A DNA stretch of 64,000 nt from Thermodesulfobacteriota bacterium (GTDB lineage Bacteria; Desulfobacterota; Desulfarculia; JACQYL01). This document shows positions 35,804-46,333 of the stretch, piece by piece. The translations under genes were made by a program, and so were the position numbers. The notes below the pieces were generated by a model. The model did not search any database and was not told the origin of the DNA. It saw nothing but the letters and a program-made list of their open reading frames with translations. The stretch covers positions 32,001 to 96,000 of the forward strand of contig CAXXLZ010000002.1 of the NCBI GenBank assembly GCA_963675595.2, read 5' to 3'. The number at the start of each line of letters is the position of its first letter. Position 1 is the stretch's first letter.

Positions 35804-36184
35804 TCACTTCTTAAGAACCGCGTCGATCTTCCCGGAAAGCGTATCCGCGGTAAAAGGCTTCACGATGTAGTTGCTGACTCCCGCCTTAACCGCCTCGATG
35901 ACGTTTTCCTTATTCGCCTCAGCCGTCACCATAAGAAACGGAGTCTCCTTGAGGGAGTCGTCCGCCCGCACTTCCCGCAGCAGCTCGATGCCTGTCATGT
36001 TGGGCATATTCCAGTCGCAGATGATCATATCGTATTTAGTGGCCCTCATCTTCCGAAGTCCGACGACACCGTCCTCCGCTTCATCTATGTGAGCGTACCC
36101 AAGCTGCCTCAAGAGGTTACGTATGATCTTCCGCATGGTTGCAAAGTCATCCACCACCAGAAATTTTTTCTCTGAATCAACCAC
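35804..36184 (-). CDS. cheY: Chemotaxis response regulator CheY
   Basis: LVVDDFATMR, CDWNMPNMTG, MVTAE, YIVKPF; GTG 36184 after GGAGGAG. Confidence 0.95.
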   Translation of the reverse strand: MVDSEKKFLVVDDFATMRKIIRNLLRQLGYAHIDEAEDGVVGLRKMRATKYDMIICDWNMPNMTGIELLREVRADDSLKETPFLMVTAEANKENVIEAVKAGVSNYIVKPFTADTLSGKIDAVLKK

Positions 36185-36390
36185 TGATCTCCTCCTCCGG
36201 CCTACAATTAGCTTCAAAGCCGACCAAAGCCGTCACCCTCCGGCATCCCGTGAAGAACGGGATTACAGGCAGGCCGCCGAAACACTTATGAGCACTCCGT
36301 GCTCGTTTCCCGAGAAACGGACGCACACGAAGCACGCAGCAGGGACCGGGACGCATCGCCGCTTCGTTGTTCGTGTCTTCCGACGGGCTG

Positions 36391-37164
36391 TCAGGAGATG
36401 CCGTTCATCGCGGCATTAATCTTCTTCTTAAGCGCCATCATGCACTTGGAATGAATCTGACTCACCCGGGACTCCGTAACCCCGAGCGCCTCCCCCACTT
36501 CCTTCATGTTCATGTCTTCAAAATAGTACAGGGACAGCACCAGTCGATACTTCTCCGGTAGTTCATCGATCGATCTGATAAGAACGCCTTTCAGCTCTTC
36601 CAACTCAATACGGTTCAGGGCGGTTTTGTCGTCCGGATCCGTCAAGGAATCGATCAACTGTCTCTGTTCCGTTCCGACCTGATTGCCGATGAGCTCATTC
36701 AGACTGATGGTTACCGTTCCGTTGACCTGCATCAGATATTTCAAATAGTCTTCCGTGGCCATCCCCAGGGCCCGGGCCATTTCTTCGTCCTCGGGTTCCC
36801 TCCCCAACTTGGACTCGAGCGCCTCGTAGGTCTCTTCTATCTTCCTTGCCATCGTGCGTACGGAACGCGGCGTTGGATCCAGCGATCTGAGTTCGTCAAA
36901 GACGGCCCCTCGAATCCGGTACTCGGCATAGGCTTCAAAGGGTACCCCTTTGGAAGGGTCATACTTCTCCACAGCGTCGATCAATCCGATAATTCCCGCG
37001 CTGTAGAGGTCCTCGGTTTCCGCGTGAGGAGGAAGCCGCATGCCAATGCGAGTGGCGATCCTTTTGACCATGGGAACGTGTTTTAGAATCCTCGCTTCCC
37101 GTTCCTCAGGAGTCAAGGCTTCCAGCCGAGCCGCCTTTTGGTATGCGTTCAAATTTTTCATCAT
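36391..37164 (-). CDS. fliA: Flagellar sigma factor sigma28
   Basis: GLIDAVEKYDP, YRIRGAVFDELR, VTESRVSQIH. Confidence 0.95.
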   Translation of the reverse strand: MMKNLNAYQKAARLEALTPEEREARILKHVPMVKRIATRIGMRLPPHAETEDLYSAGIIGLIDAVEKYDPSKGVPFEAYAEYRIRGAVFDELRSLDPTPRSVRTMARKIEETYEALESKLGREPEDEEMARALGMATEDYLKYLMQVNGTVTISLNELIGNQVGTEQRQLIDSLTDPDDKTALNRIELEELKGVLIRSIDELPEKYRLVLSLYYFEDMNMKEVGEALGVTESRVSQIHSKCMMALKKKINAAMNGIS

Positions 37165-37480
37165 ATGCGCTTCCACAGTCGGGATCAATCGAAAAACCGT
37201 CGGTTCGACTTTTGGGCCCCTGTGGATACCATCCCCGGAGCGCAAGCCATCCGGGCAAAACCGGCGTCGATATCATCAAGAATCATTTCTCGGGAGTCAG
37301 TCCCGCGGCCCCCGCCTGTCCGCCCCTCGCCGGCGCTCCCCATTCCCGAAAAAGATTACTGAAACAAGCATACGAACGGAGAGGAATCAGCGGCCGAGAG
37401 GACGCCCAAATCCTTCTCGACGAACCGTATTTGATGAAAACCCAAGAACACCCCATGATCGGTCACAAGTCATATTTCTC

Positions 37481-38371
37481 TCACATCCCGCGATCATCCG
37501 CTTCACGAGACTCGTTCAAGAAACCCCTCCAAAACATCCTGGCCCTTCCCAATTCTCCCAAACGAACATTTCTCGCATCATCCTTGACCTTGAGAGCCAG
37601 TTTCTGAAACTGCCGGGAAGCGGGACTCTGGGGGTACGCTTCGACCACGGCCTTCTGTCGGCGAACCGCCTTGACGATATTTTGGTCGACGGGTATATGG
37701 CCGCACATTTCTAGTGAAACATTCAAGAACTTCTGAGTGACCATACTTAAGTGATTGAAGACCTGGTGAGCTTCTTCCTTGTTCTTCACCGAATTAAGCA
37801 ATACTTTGAAACGCTCTCCAGAGTACTTCATTGAGCTTACTTTCATCAAAGCGTAGGCGTCTGTAATGGAAGTCGGTTCAGGAGTGACAACTACCATGAC
37901 TTCTTGCGCCATGGCATTGAAATACATAACATTAGAGGATATTCCCGCACCTGTGTCAATTAAAAAAACATCGATGTTTTCGAGTATTGACTCCAATTCG
38001 GACGCTAACCCCATCTTCTGATCAGGAGACAAGTCGGTAAGCTCCTGTACACCGGAGCTCGAAGGAAGAATCTTTATTCCCAATGGCCCTTCCACCAAGA
38101 TATCTCGGGCACGAAATTGGCCGTTCAGAACATGCTGAATATTATACGTCGGCGTAAGCCCCAATAGAATGTCTATGTTGCCTAGTCCCACGTCCGCATC
38201 CAGTACCAGCACCCGTAATCCAAGTTGAGCCAAAGAACACGAAAGGTTGACGACGACATTAGTCTTTCCCACTCCTCCTTTCCCACTGGTCACGGCCAGT
38301 ATGAAGGGAGAATTCCCGTGTCCCGATTTAGCGTTCTCCGCCATTCCTCTCAAGCCGCTCGCCTGATCCAT
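37481..38371 (-). CDS. flhG: MinD-like flagellar number regulator
   Basis: MDQA motif, SGKGGVGKT, DTGAG, TPEPTSITDAYA. Confidence 0.95.
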   Translation of the reverse strand: MDQASGLRGMAENAKSGHGNSPFILAVTSGKGGVGKTNVVVNLSCSLAQLGLRVLVLDADVGLGNIDILLGLTPTYNIQHVLNGQFRARDILVEGPLGIKILPSSSGVQELTDLSPDQKMGLASELESILENIDVFLIDTGAGISSNVMYFNAMAQEVMVVVTPEPTSITDAYALMKVSSMKYSGERFKVLLNSVKNKEEAHQVFNHLSMVTQKFLNVSLEMCGHIPVDQNIVKAVRRQKAVVEAYPQSPASRQFQKLALKVKDDARNVRLGELGRARMFWRGFLNESREADDRGM

Positions 38372-38376
38372 CCTTA

Positions 38377-39621
38377 TCAGTCCTTAGCCCAGCAGGTTTT
38401 CCCGAAAAGCACTTTGAGCAGCATTTGCGGGGTCGCCGACTCGACATCGTCGGGCACTCTTTGACCGTTGGTGAGGTAGGCCAGTGGAAGGCCTCCGTCG
38501 CAGATTCTCGACAGCATGGGGCCGAAGTGGCCGCACTCATCCGTTTTCGTGATCGTCAAGGATTCCGGAGAGAGCCGGGAAAACCATTGCACCGCGTGAT
38601 GGGCGTCCATCTCGTTCGTTGTCGCACCAATTAACAGCATACAGTGAACCCCTTGGGACTCACGGAATGCCTGTCTGAGCTCTTCGACGTATCCGCCGTC
38701 GCCGGGCCCCTTTCCCGCCGTGTCCACATAGACGCGATCGAACCCTTCCAACCCTTTAAGAACACGTGGCAAGTCTCGGACCTGTTCCACGGGTTTAAGG
38801 GGAATTCCAAGAATATTTGCATACACCTTGATCTGTTCCACCGCGGCGATACGAAAGTTATCCACAGTGACAAGCGCCACCTTTCTACCTTCCGTAAAAC
38901 GATCCATTGCCGCGAGCTTGGCGATGGTCGTCGTCTTTCCAACTCCCGTAGGGCCCACAAGCGCAACCACTCTGGGAGGCACTCGACGCAAATCGGCACA
39001 CTTGACCATTCCGGAGAGCGAATCGGTGAGGCGACGTCCTATGCTCATCCCCTCTTCCGTGCACGCCTGCGCTCGTTTCAGCAAGCGCAGGCTCGTCCGA
39101 GGGTGAACCCCCGAGCCCAACAACTTGCCGAACACAAATCGCAAATCCCGATCAAACCCGAGTTCTTCCAGATACAGAGGATCGACCCCCGGAATCTTGT
39201 TCACAGTATACCATGATTTGTCAAACGTTGGGGGATTCTGTGCCCCGCCGAAGATTTCTTCTTCAAGGGGCTGTTCACCCGGCACTCTTTTGGGATCGGT
39301 TGTCGTTTCGGCGGTCTCGGTCCTCTTCGACGAGGGCGCTTCCAAGCTCCGGAAGCCACCGGCCTTTGAAGGTTTCCCGGAAAAGGATGAGAGTCCGCGT
39401 ATCCCTTTCGAAGCCGGGGGTTCGTCGGGTTTGGCTCGACTCTCCCCGGGAGACTCCGTAGCGGCCATCACTTCAACCCACTTACCGCCGACCATGCCCA
39501 ACAGGCCGTGGTCCTTTCTAAAATAGCGACTGGACAGAATCAATGCGTTCGGTCCCAGTTCCTTTTTCACTTTCTCCAGGGTCTCCTTCAAAGACCGGCC
39601 CTCATATCGTTTCAAATGCAT
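38377..39621 (-). CDS. flhF: SRP-type GTPase FlhF
   Basis: GPTGVGKTTTIAKLA, DTAG, TKTDE, NGQRVPDD. Confidence 0.95.
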   Translation of the reverse strand: MHLKRYEGRSLKETLEKVKKELGPNALILSSRYFRKDHGLLGMVGGKWVEVMAATESPGESRAKPDEPPASKGIRGLSSFSGKPSKAGGFRSLEAPSSKRTETAETTTDPKRVPGEQPLEEEIFGGAQNPPTFDKSWYTVNKIPGVDPLYLEELGFDRDLRFVFGKLLGSGVHPRTSLRLLKRAQACTEEGMSIGRRLTDSLSGMVKCADLRRVPPRVVALVGPTGVGKTTTIAKLAAMDRFTEGRKVALVTVDNFRIAAVEQIKVYANILGIPLKPVEQVRDLPRVLKGLEGFDRVYVDTAGKGPGDGGYVEELRQAFRESQGVHCMLLIGATTNEMDAHHAVQWFSRLSPESLTITKTDECGHFGPMLSRICDGGLPLAYLTNGQRVPDDVESATPQMLLKVLFGKTCWAKD

Positions 39622-39624
39622 GGG

Positions 39625-41703
39625 CTACACCTTTACCGTTCCGAGGGACTGGATTTTCGCTTCAGAGGAAATCTCATTGTGAGATAGGATCGCCAGATTG
39701 GGGAAGAAACGTTCGGTCAATTTTTTCAAGTGGGGCCTCACAACAGGGGAACACAGCAGGACCGGCTGGAAGTTCAAACGGGCGAAGGACTCGTTCGCTC
39801 TGCTGATCTCCGTGATGATTTTCTGGGCCGTGCCCGGATCCAGGCTCAGGTAGGTTTCCTGATCCGCCCGTTGAATCGATCCGCTGATCAGGTCTTCTAT
39901 GCTCTTGTCCAAAGTCATGAGCGGCAATTTGCCGTCTTCGAGCTGGTACTGCTTGGTGATGGTTCTCGCCAGACTTTGGCGCACATATTCCGTCAAGATA
40001 TCCGTGTTCTGAACCATCGGAGCATAGTCCGCCAGGGATTCGAGAATCGTCAGCAAATCCCGGATGGACACATTCTCCCGAAGCAGATTCTGCAGCACTT
40101 TTTGAACCTGCCCCACGCTAAGAAGCCCCGGTACCAGTTCCTCGACCACTTTAGGATGGGTCCGGGCCACATTGTCGATGAGTTTCTGTGCCTCCTGTCT
40201 CCCTATCAGCTCATACGCATGTCTCCGAATCACTTCCGTCAGGTGCGTGGCCATAACCGTAGAGGGCTCGACCACCGTATAACCGGCCATCTGCGCTCGT
40301 TCCTTCTCGCCGGGCCGAATCCATTTGGCGGGAAGCCCGAAAGCCGGTTCCTTCGTATCGATGCCGTGGATCTCCTCCGAGATTTCTCCCGCCTTGATCG
40401 CCATGAGATGGTCCGGCTCCAACTCTCCTGAAGCGACCTGGTTACCCTTGATCAGCACCGAATATTCGTTGGGCCCCATTTGTAGATTATCCCGAATGTG
40501 AAGCGGGGGCACGATGAACCCCATCTCCATGGCAAATTGTCGTCTGATGGACTTGATCTTCTCGAGCAGACTGCCGTCCTGCTGCACATCCACCAGGGGG
40601 ATCAGTCCATACCCGACCTCCAGCTCCATGGTGTCCAGAGCCAACAGACTCTCCACCTGCTCGGGCCCTTCCGCTTCCGCTTTGGGTTCTTCCGCTTCTC
40701 TTTCCGCCTCGGTGACTTCCTTCTTTGTCTCGCGATACCCTAAATAGGCGATGGTCCCCATGAGCAACGAGAGGGCCATGAACGGAATACGGGGAAGGCC
40801 GGGAACCAAGCCGAAGAAAAAAATGATGCAGGAAGCAAGGCCCACGGCTCGTGGACTCAAAAACAGCTGCCTTGTGACATCCTTTCCCAAATCCCCTTCG
40901 GCCGTGGCGCGAGTAACGATGATGCCGGCCCCTGTGGAGATCACCAAGGCCGGCAGCTGAGACACCAGTCCGTCTCCAACAGTGAGCAGGGTGTAGGTTT
41001 CGGCGGCTTCAGTGAAACTCATCCCCTGCTGAAGTACTCCGATGAGCAGCCCGCCCACGATGTTGATGATCGTGATGATAATTCCGGCGATGGCATCGCC
41101 TCGAACGAACTTACTGGCACCGTCCATCGACCCGTAGAAATCCGCTTCGCTCGAGATTTCCGTTCTCCGGCGGCGCGCCTCGCTCTCATCGATAAGCCCC
41201 GCGTTCAGATCCGCGTCTATGCTCATCTGCTTGCCGGGCATGGCGTCCAGCGTGAACCGCGCGGCCACCTCGGCAATGCGTGTGGCGCCTTTGGTGATCA
41301 CCACGAAGTTGATCAATACCAGAATCAGGAAGACGACCAGGCCGACCACGTAATTTCCACCCACGACAAAAGAACCGAACGACTGAATCACGGTCCCCGC
41401 GGCGGAAATGCCCTCGTCGCCGTGCAACAGAATCAATCTGGTTGATGCAATGTTGAGAGACAGCCGGAACAAAGTCATGATGAGCAGGACGGAAGGGAAG
41501 GACGAGAAGTCGAGCGCCTTCTTCATGTACATGGCTACGAGCAGGATGATGACGCCCATCGTGATATTGAGCGAGAGCAAAAGGTCCAGAAGAATCGTGG
41601 GCAGGGGCATCATCATGATCATCAGGACGCCCACCACCCCGACCGCCAGCATTATGTCGCTCTGGTCGAATGCCCTTTTCAATGTTGACGCTTTGGCCGG
41701 CAT
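39625..41703 (-). CDS. flhA: Flagellar export protein FlhA
   Basis: AEVAARFTLDAMPGKQMSIDADLNAG, MDGASKFVRGD. Confidence 0.97.
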   Translation of the reverse strand: MPAKASTLKRAFDQSDIMLAVGVVGVLMIMMMPLPTILLDLLLSLNITMGVIILLVAMYMKKALDFSSFPSVLLIMTLFRLSLNIASTRLILLHGDEGISAAGTVIQSFGSFVVGGNYVVGLVVFLILVLINFVVITKGATRIAEVAARFTLDAMPGKQMSIDADLNAGLIDESEARRRRTEISSEADFYGSMDGASKFVRGDAIAGIIITIINIVGGLLIGVLQQGMSFTEAAETYTLLTVGDGLVSQLPALVISTGAGIIVTRATAEGDLGKDVTRQLFLSPRAVGLASCIIFFFGLVPGLPRIPFMALSLLMGTIAYLGYRETKKEVTEAEREAEEPKAEAEGPEQVESLLALDTMELEVGYGLIPLVDVQQDGSLLEKIKSIRRQFAMEMGFIVPPLHIRDNLQMGPNEYSVLIKGNQVASGELEPDHLMAIKAGEISEEIHGIDTKEPAFGLPAKWIRPGEKERAQMAGYTVVEPSTVMATHLTEVIRRHAYELIGRQEAQKLIDNVARTHPKVVEELVPGLLSVGQVQKVLQNLLRENVSIRDLLTILESLADYAPMVQNTDILTEYVRQSLARTITKQYQLEDGKLPLMTLDKSIEDLISGSIQRADQETYLSLDPGTAQKIITEISRANESFARLNFQPVLLCSPVVRPHLKKLTERFFPNLAILSHNEISSEAKIQSLGTVKV

Positions 41704-41724
41704 TACAAGTCACCCGTTCGAATA

Positions 41725-42783
41725 TCAGACCACGGATTTCTTCCTGAGTTTGAACACATGCGCCAGGATTTCGGCCACCGCTCTGTAAAGCTTGGCGGGG
41801 ATTTCCTGACCTATGTCCGTGGTTTTATACAAAAGTTGTGCCACGCCGGGGTTCTCCACAACGGCCACCCGGTGTTTCGATGCGATCTCCCTGATCTTGA
41901 GGGCGATATACCCGGCCCCTTTGGCCAACACCACGGGAGCCGCCATTCCTCTCTCATATTTCAGCGCTATCGCCAAATGGGTGGGGTTCGTGATGACGAC
42001 GTCGGCTTTGGGCACCGCCTCCATCATGCGCTTTCGTGCCATTTCCCGTTGCAGCGACCGGATACGTGATTTGATCTGGGGATCGCCTTCACTCTGTTTG
42101 TACTCGTCCTTGACCTCCTGCTTGGTCATCTTGAGACTCTTCTCGTGTTCATACCTTTGGTAGACGAAATCCAAGATGGCGAGGATCAACAGCACCCAAG
42201 CCGTGCGCATGACGATGTCGAAAGCCACTCGAAGGACGAAAAGCAGAACGCCCCAAGCGTCCTGGTCCATCAGGGTGAGGGCTTCGTCCACTTCGGCTTT
42301 GATGCTGTAATAGACCACCATCCCGACGATGACGAGCTTGGCGATGTTCTTCACCAGCTCCACCAACGACTTCAGGGAAGCGAACTTCTTCACGCCCTCG
42401 ATGGGGTTCAGCTTCTTGAGATCGGGCGCAATGGACTTCCAGGAAACATTGAACCCCACTTGAGCCACATTGACGATCACGGCACCCAGAAACACCGCGA
42501 TCATGATGGGCAGAACGATGCGAGCGATGACTTCAACGGATTGGAGCATAATGAGCATGCTCCCGTCCGTTGTGAGGTCTTCATGCACGATATTGGTGAA
42601 CGCGTGACCCCAGAACACCCTCAGTCGATCGAGAATGTCCCGGCCGGCGAAGTAGAAGACCAACAGCCCCGTCATCAACACCACTACCCCGCCCAGTTCC
42701 TTACCTTTGGCAACCTGGCCTTCTTCGCGCGCCTTGGACCGTCGGCGCGCGGTCGGTTGTTCGGTTTTTTCTTCGTCGGGCAA
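41725..42783 (-). CDS. flhB: Flagellar export protein FlhB
   Basis: EKTEQPT, SEGDPQIK, NPTH autocleavage site. Confidence 0.97.
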   Translation of the reverse strand: MPDEEKTEQPTARRRSKAREEGQVAKGKELGGVVVLMTGLLVFYFAGRDILDRLRVFWGHAFTNIVHEDLTTDGSMLIMLQSVEVIARIVLPIMIAVFLGAVIVNVAQVGFNVSWKSIAPDLKKLNPIEGVKKFASLKSLVELVKNIAKLVIVGMVVYYSIKAEVDEALTLMDQDAWGVLLFVLRVAFDIVMRTAWVLLILAILDFVYQRYEHEKSLKMTKQEVKDEYKQSEGDPQIKSRIRSLQREMARKRMMEAVPKADVVITNPTHLAIALKYERGMAAPVVLAKGAGYIALKIREIASKHRVAVVENPGVAQLLYKTTDIGQEIPAKLYRAVAEILAHVFKLRKKSVV

Positions 42784-42799
42784 GCTCCCCTCCGGATTT

Positions 42800-43573
42800 C
42801 TACATGGCTCGGATCAGGGCATGGAGGTGCCCTTCGGATTGGGTGAACACTCTCTGTAGGAGGATGGAGAAAAAGGACATGCTGAGGCCGATGGCGGCCA
42901 GCCCAACGCCGATTTTCAAGGGAAATCCGACGATAAACACGTTCATCTGCGGGACGGTTCGCGCCATGAGCCCCAAAGCCACACTCACGAAAAAATTGAT
43001 TGCGATGACGGGAGCCGCGATCTGAATCGCCAGAGAAAAAAGTTGTCCCGACAACCCGATCAGCAGGTTCATCATCGGTTCGCTCAAATGCCACCCACCG
43101 AAGGGCATCACCCGGAAGCTCTCCTGTAGCGCACGTAGCAACATATGATGGGCATCCAAGGTGAAAAAAAGCAGCACCGTCATAAAATTGTACAACTGGC
43201 TGACCACCGAACTCCTGGATTGGGTGAAGGGATCGATTACGGCGACGATGCCGAGCCCCATTTGGAAGCCGGCCACTTGACCCGCAGTCTGTACGGCTCC
43301 GAATATGATTTGGATCGCGAATCCGATCACCACTCCGATCATTAGTTCACATCCTACGTAGATCAGCATGGCATAAGGAGACGTGATCAAGGGGAGGGTG
43401 AATTCAACCACCGGAAACAGAGAAAGGCTGATAACCAGCGAAAGGCCTACCTTGGCAAGATTGGGAAAGGATTGATTGTCGAATACCGGCGCAAAGAAAA
43501 GCACCGCGGCAACCCGGGCCATGATAAGCACGAGCTTCTCGATGTCTACGGCTGGTATCGAGAAGAATTCCAT
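42800..43573 (-). CDS. fliR: Flagellar export protein FliR
   Basis: AGQVAGFQMG, RTVPQMNVFIVGFP. Confidence 0.95.
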   Translation of the reverse strand: MEFFSIPAVDIEKLVLIMARVAAVLFFAPVFDNQSFPNLAKVGLSLVISLSLFPVVEFTLPLITSPYAMLIYVGCELMIGVVIGFAIQIIFGAVQTAGQVAGFQMGLGIVAVIDPFTQSRSSVVSQLYNFMTVLLFFTLDAHHMLLRALQESFRVMPFGGWHLSEPMMNLLIGLSGQLFSLAIQIAAPVIAINFFVSVALGLMARTVPQMNVFIVGFPLKIGVGLAAIGLSMSFFSILLQRVFTQSEGHLHALIRAM

Positions 43574-43575
43574 GC

Positions 43576-43845
43576 TTACTTAACGTAGACTGGAAAATTA
43601 ATCAGAATGTCTCGTGTGAAGCTGATCAGCATGTTCATCATCCAAGGCCCGAACATCAGAAGCGCCAGCATCACGACAATGATCTTAGGAACGAACGTCA
43701 AAGTCATTTCTTGGATTTGAGTGACGGACTGGAATATGCTGATGACCAGACCTACGGCCAACCCCAATCCCAACATGGGCGCGGCGACAAGAAGTACGGT
43801 CTTAATCGTCTCTCTTGCGAAACCGATAATAAAATCCATCGTCAT
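43576..43845 (-). CDS. fliQ: Flagellar export protein FliQ
   Basis: QSVTQIQEMTLTFVPK. Confidence 0.96.
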   Translation of the reverse strand: MTMDFIIGFARETIKTVLLVAAPMLGLGLAVGLVISIFQSVTQIQEMTLTFVPKIIVVMLALLMFGPWMMNMLISFTRDILINFPVYVK

Positions 43846-43858
43846 TTGCTTATTCCTC

Positions 43859-44620
43859 CTACGAAAAGCTCCTTACAAGAGAACCAATCAATAAATTCCA
43901 ACCATCCACAAGAACAAACAATAACAGCTTGAACGGAAGCGAAATCATGACAGGTGGAAGCATCATCATTCCCATACTCAACAAGACGGAAGCAATCACC
44001 ATGTCGAGAACCAAGAAAGGAATGTAAATCAGGAAGCCGATCTGAAAGGCGGTCCTGATCTCACTTAATGCGAAAGCGGGTATCACGGTTAACGTTGACA
44101 CCTCCGAAACGTTCTTCGGGCGGTCATCTTGTCCCATGCTTACAAACAGGGCGAGGTCCTTTTCACGCGTCTGTGCGAGCATGAAGCTCCGAATCGGCTG
44201 CTCCGCCCTTTTCAGAGCCTCGGACCGGTCTATCTCCTCGTTGATATACGGCTGTAATGCCGTCTTATTGATCTCGTTGATCACCGGAGACATGATGTAG
44301 AAGCTTAGAAACAAGGCAAGAGCGATCATCACCTGATTTGGAGGCATCTGTTGGGTTCCCATGGCTTGACGGAGGAACCCGAACACTACGACGATTCGGG
44401 TAAAGCAGGTAACCATCACAAGAATTGCCGGCGCCAGAGTGAGCACCGTAAGCAGGAGCATAACCTGCAGGGAAGTGGAAATCTGCTCCGGGCTCGAGAG
44501 GTCGCCGAGTCCGAATGGGATCGCGGGGTCCGCGGCTTGAGCGACCGCCGTCCCCACAAGCGCCAGAGACATCGAAACGAAGCCGAGTCCCAATACACCG
44601 CTCTTTTTAAGCTCTCCCAT
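43859..44620 (-). CDS. fliP: Flagellar export protein FliP
   Basis: FTRIVVV, QQMPPNQV, GMMMLPP, LVDGW; start at or just after ATG 44620. Confidence 0.96.
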   Translation of the reverse strand: MGELKKSGVLGLGFVSMSLALVGTAVAQAADPAIPFGLGDLSSPEQISTSLQVMLLLTVLTLAPAILVMVTCFTRIVVVFGFLRQAMGTQQMPPNQVMIALALFLSFYIMSPVINEINKTALQPYINEEIDRSEALKRAEQPIRSFMLAQTREKDLALFVSMGQDDRPKNVSEVSTLTVIPAFALSEIRTAFQIGFLIYIPFLVLDMVIASVLLSMGMMMLPPVMISLPFKLLLFVLVDGWNLLIGSLVRSFS

Positions 44621-44990
44621 CCCCTTCCACTCCGCCGCCGCGGCGCAGCAGGCCCGCCAGCATTTTGGGAAACCTTCCCGTTTCCGGCGCGACGGTGCGA
44701 TCGTATTCCGCCGACCCGGACCCATCTCCCTCCAGTCCGCCGAGGAGGCTGATCCGCTCGGACGTCAGCCCCAGAATCATTCTGCGTCCTTCCACCTCGA
44801 CCACCGCAATACTCTTCTTGGCTCCCAATGAACGCTGCCCCAGCACACGGATCGGAACCGCGCCGCTCCCGGGAGCCGCCCCTTTCCAAATGGTTCTTTT
44901 CGCCACATACAGCAGACCAAACATGATCCCCAACACGATCGCGAGAGCCGAAAACATTCTGGTCAGGCCGAAAAAAAAATCCGATTCCAT
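44607..44990 (-). CDS. fliO: Flagellar protein FliO
   Basis: One TM, then IRVLGQRSLGAKKSIAVVEV..ILGLT..ISLL; between fliN and fliP. Confidence 0.88.
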   Translation of the reverse strand: MESDFFFGLTRMFSALAIVLGIMFGLLYVAKRTIWKGAAPGSGAVPIRVLGQRSLGAKKSIAVVEVEGRRMILGLTSERISLLGGLEGDGSGSAEYDRTVAPETGRFPKMLAGLLRRGGGVEGDGRA

Positions 44991-45009
44991 GGGTGCCGCC
45001 TCCGTCGCC

Positions 45010-45345
45010 TTACTTGGACGCGCGAAGTCGTTCGGCGTGGCTGATGATGTCCGTCAGACGCACTCCGAACTTCTCGTTGACCACCACGACCTCCCCGCGA
45101 GCCACGAGGCGGTCGTTGACGCGAACCTCCATGGGTTCCCCGGCCAGTTTGGCGAGTTCCACAACGGAACCGACGCCCAGCTTGAGAAGATCATCTATGA
45201 GCATTCTGGTCCTTCCGAGTTCCACCGTGACCCTCAGGGGGATATCCAAAATAAAGTCAAGACTGGGATCTATCCCCTCGCCCGCGCCCTGCTGGGATTC
45301 CAAATCCTTGAATTCATGATCCTGAGCTTCTTCCGCCTCGCTCAT
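45010..45345 (-). CDS. fliN: Switch protein FliN
   Basis: ILDIPLRVTVELGRT, GEVVVVNEKFGVR. Confidence 0.96.
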   Translation of the reverse strand: MSEAEEAQDHEFKDLESQQGAGEGIDPSLDFILDIPLRVTVELGRTRMLIDDLLKLGVGSVVELAKLAGEPMEVRVNDRLVARGEVVVVNEKFGVRLTDIISHAERLRASK

Positions 45346-46324
45346 CTTTTTCCTCCGACACCATGCCGGTTATCTCAACGGCCAGGTTTCGCTTGATCGT
45401 TCCGGGCATACCTCGGAACTTGGGTATTCCTTCAACACTGACAACGACCTCATCCTGGCTGTCGCCTGCAAGCTCCAGGATGTCCCCGATGCCCATCTTC
45501 ATCAATTCCCGTCCCGGGACGACCGTGTTTCCCAGCTCCACAACCAATTCCACTTCCGCTTTCAGCAGCTGTCTGTAAAAGCGTCGGATCCATGCGTGGT
45601 CCACTTCGAGCTGGTCGCTTTGAAAACCGGCATGCAGCTTCTCTTTAATAGGTTCCAACGAGGAATAGGGAATGCAGAGCGTCATACCGGCGGATGCGAA
45701 CTCCATTTCGACATCGAAACTGATGACGACAACAACATCCGTGGGAGGCACAATCCCCACGAATTGCGGGTTGATTTCCGACCGAACGTAAGTAATGTCC
45801 ACCTCGTGTACCGGCTTCCACGCCCGGTTCATGGCGTCCAATCCCATCTGCAAAATCTTCAGAATGATTCTGGTTTCGATCCGGGTGAATTCCCGACCTT
45901 CCACCTTGATGCTGGTGCTTCCTTTGCCTCCCAGAAACAGGTCCACCAGGGTGAAGACGAGCTTGGACTCGAATATCACGAGTGAGTTGCCGCGGAGGGG
46001 GTCAAACCGGAGCACGTGAATGCTTGTCGGCACGGGTAGCGTCTTGAGAAATTCCCCGAACTTCATCATGTCCGTGGACACCAGGCTGACATCCACCACT
46101 TTTCGAAGCACTGTCGACAGGCTGTCCCTGAACAGCCTGCAGAAGCGATCATTGATGATTTCGAGAGTGGGCATGCGCCCGCGGATGATCCGATCCTGAC
46201 TCGTGAGATCGTAAATCACGACTCCCGAGTCGTCGATCGGACCCTCCTGCTCGGTCTCGATCTCACCTCCGGATACGCCCCTTAACAGGGCATCGACTTC
46301 TTCTTGGGATAGAATCTGGGACAT
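45314..46324 (-). CDS. fliM: Switch protein FliM
   Basis: LSQEEVDALL CheY-binding motif, GREFTRIE. Confidence 0.96.
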   Translation of the reverse strand: MSQILSQEEVDALLRGVSGGEIETEQEGPIDDSGVVIYDLTSQDRIIRGRMPTLEIINDRFCRLFRDSLSTVLRKVVDVSLVSTDMMKFGEFLKTLPVPTSIHVLRFDPLRGNSLVIFESKLVFTLVDLFLGGKGSTSIKVEGREFTRIETRIILKILQMGLDAMNRAWKPVHEVDITYVRSEINPQFVGIVPPTDVVVVISFDVEMEFASAGMTLCIPYSSLEPIKEKLHAGFQSDQLEVDHAWIRRFYRQLLKAEVELVVELGNTVVPGRELMKMGIGDILELAGDSQDEVVVSVEGIPKFRGMPGTIKRNLAVEITGMVSEEKDERGGRSSGS

Positions 46325-46333
46325 CGCCGGTTC

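Noticed and set aside
37730-38230. Visibly AT-richer stretch in flhG (also fliP/fliQ)
   Set aside because: Genes are intact and syntenic with no mobility signals; composition was not quantified
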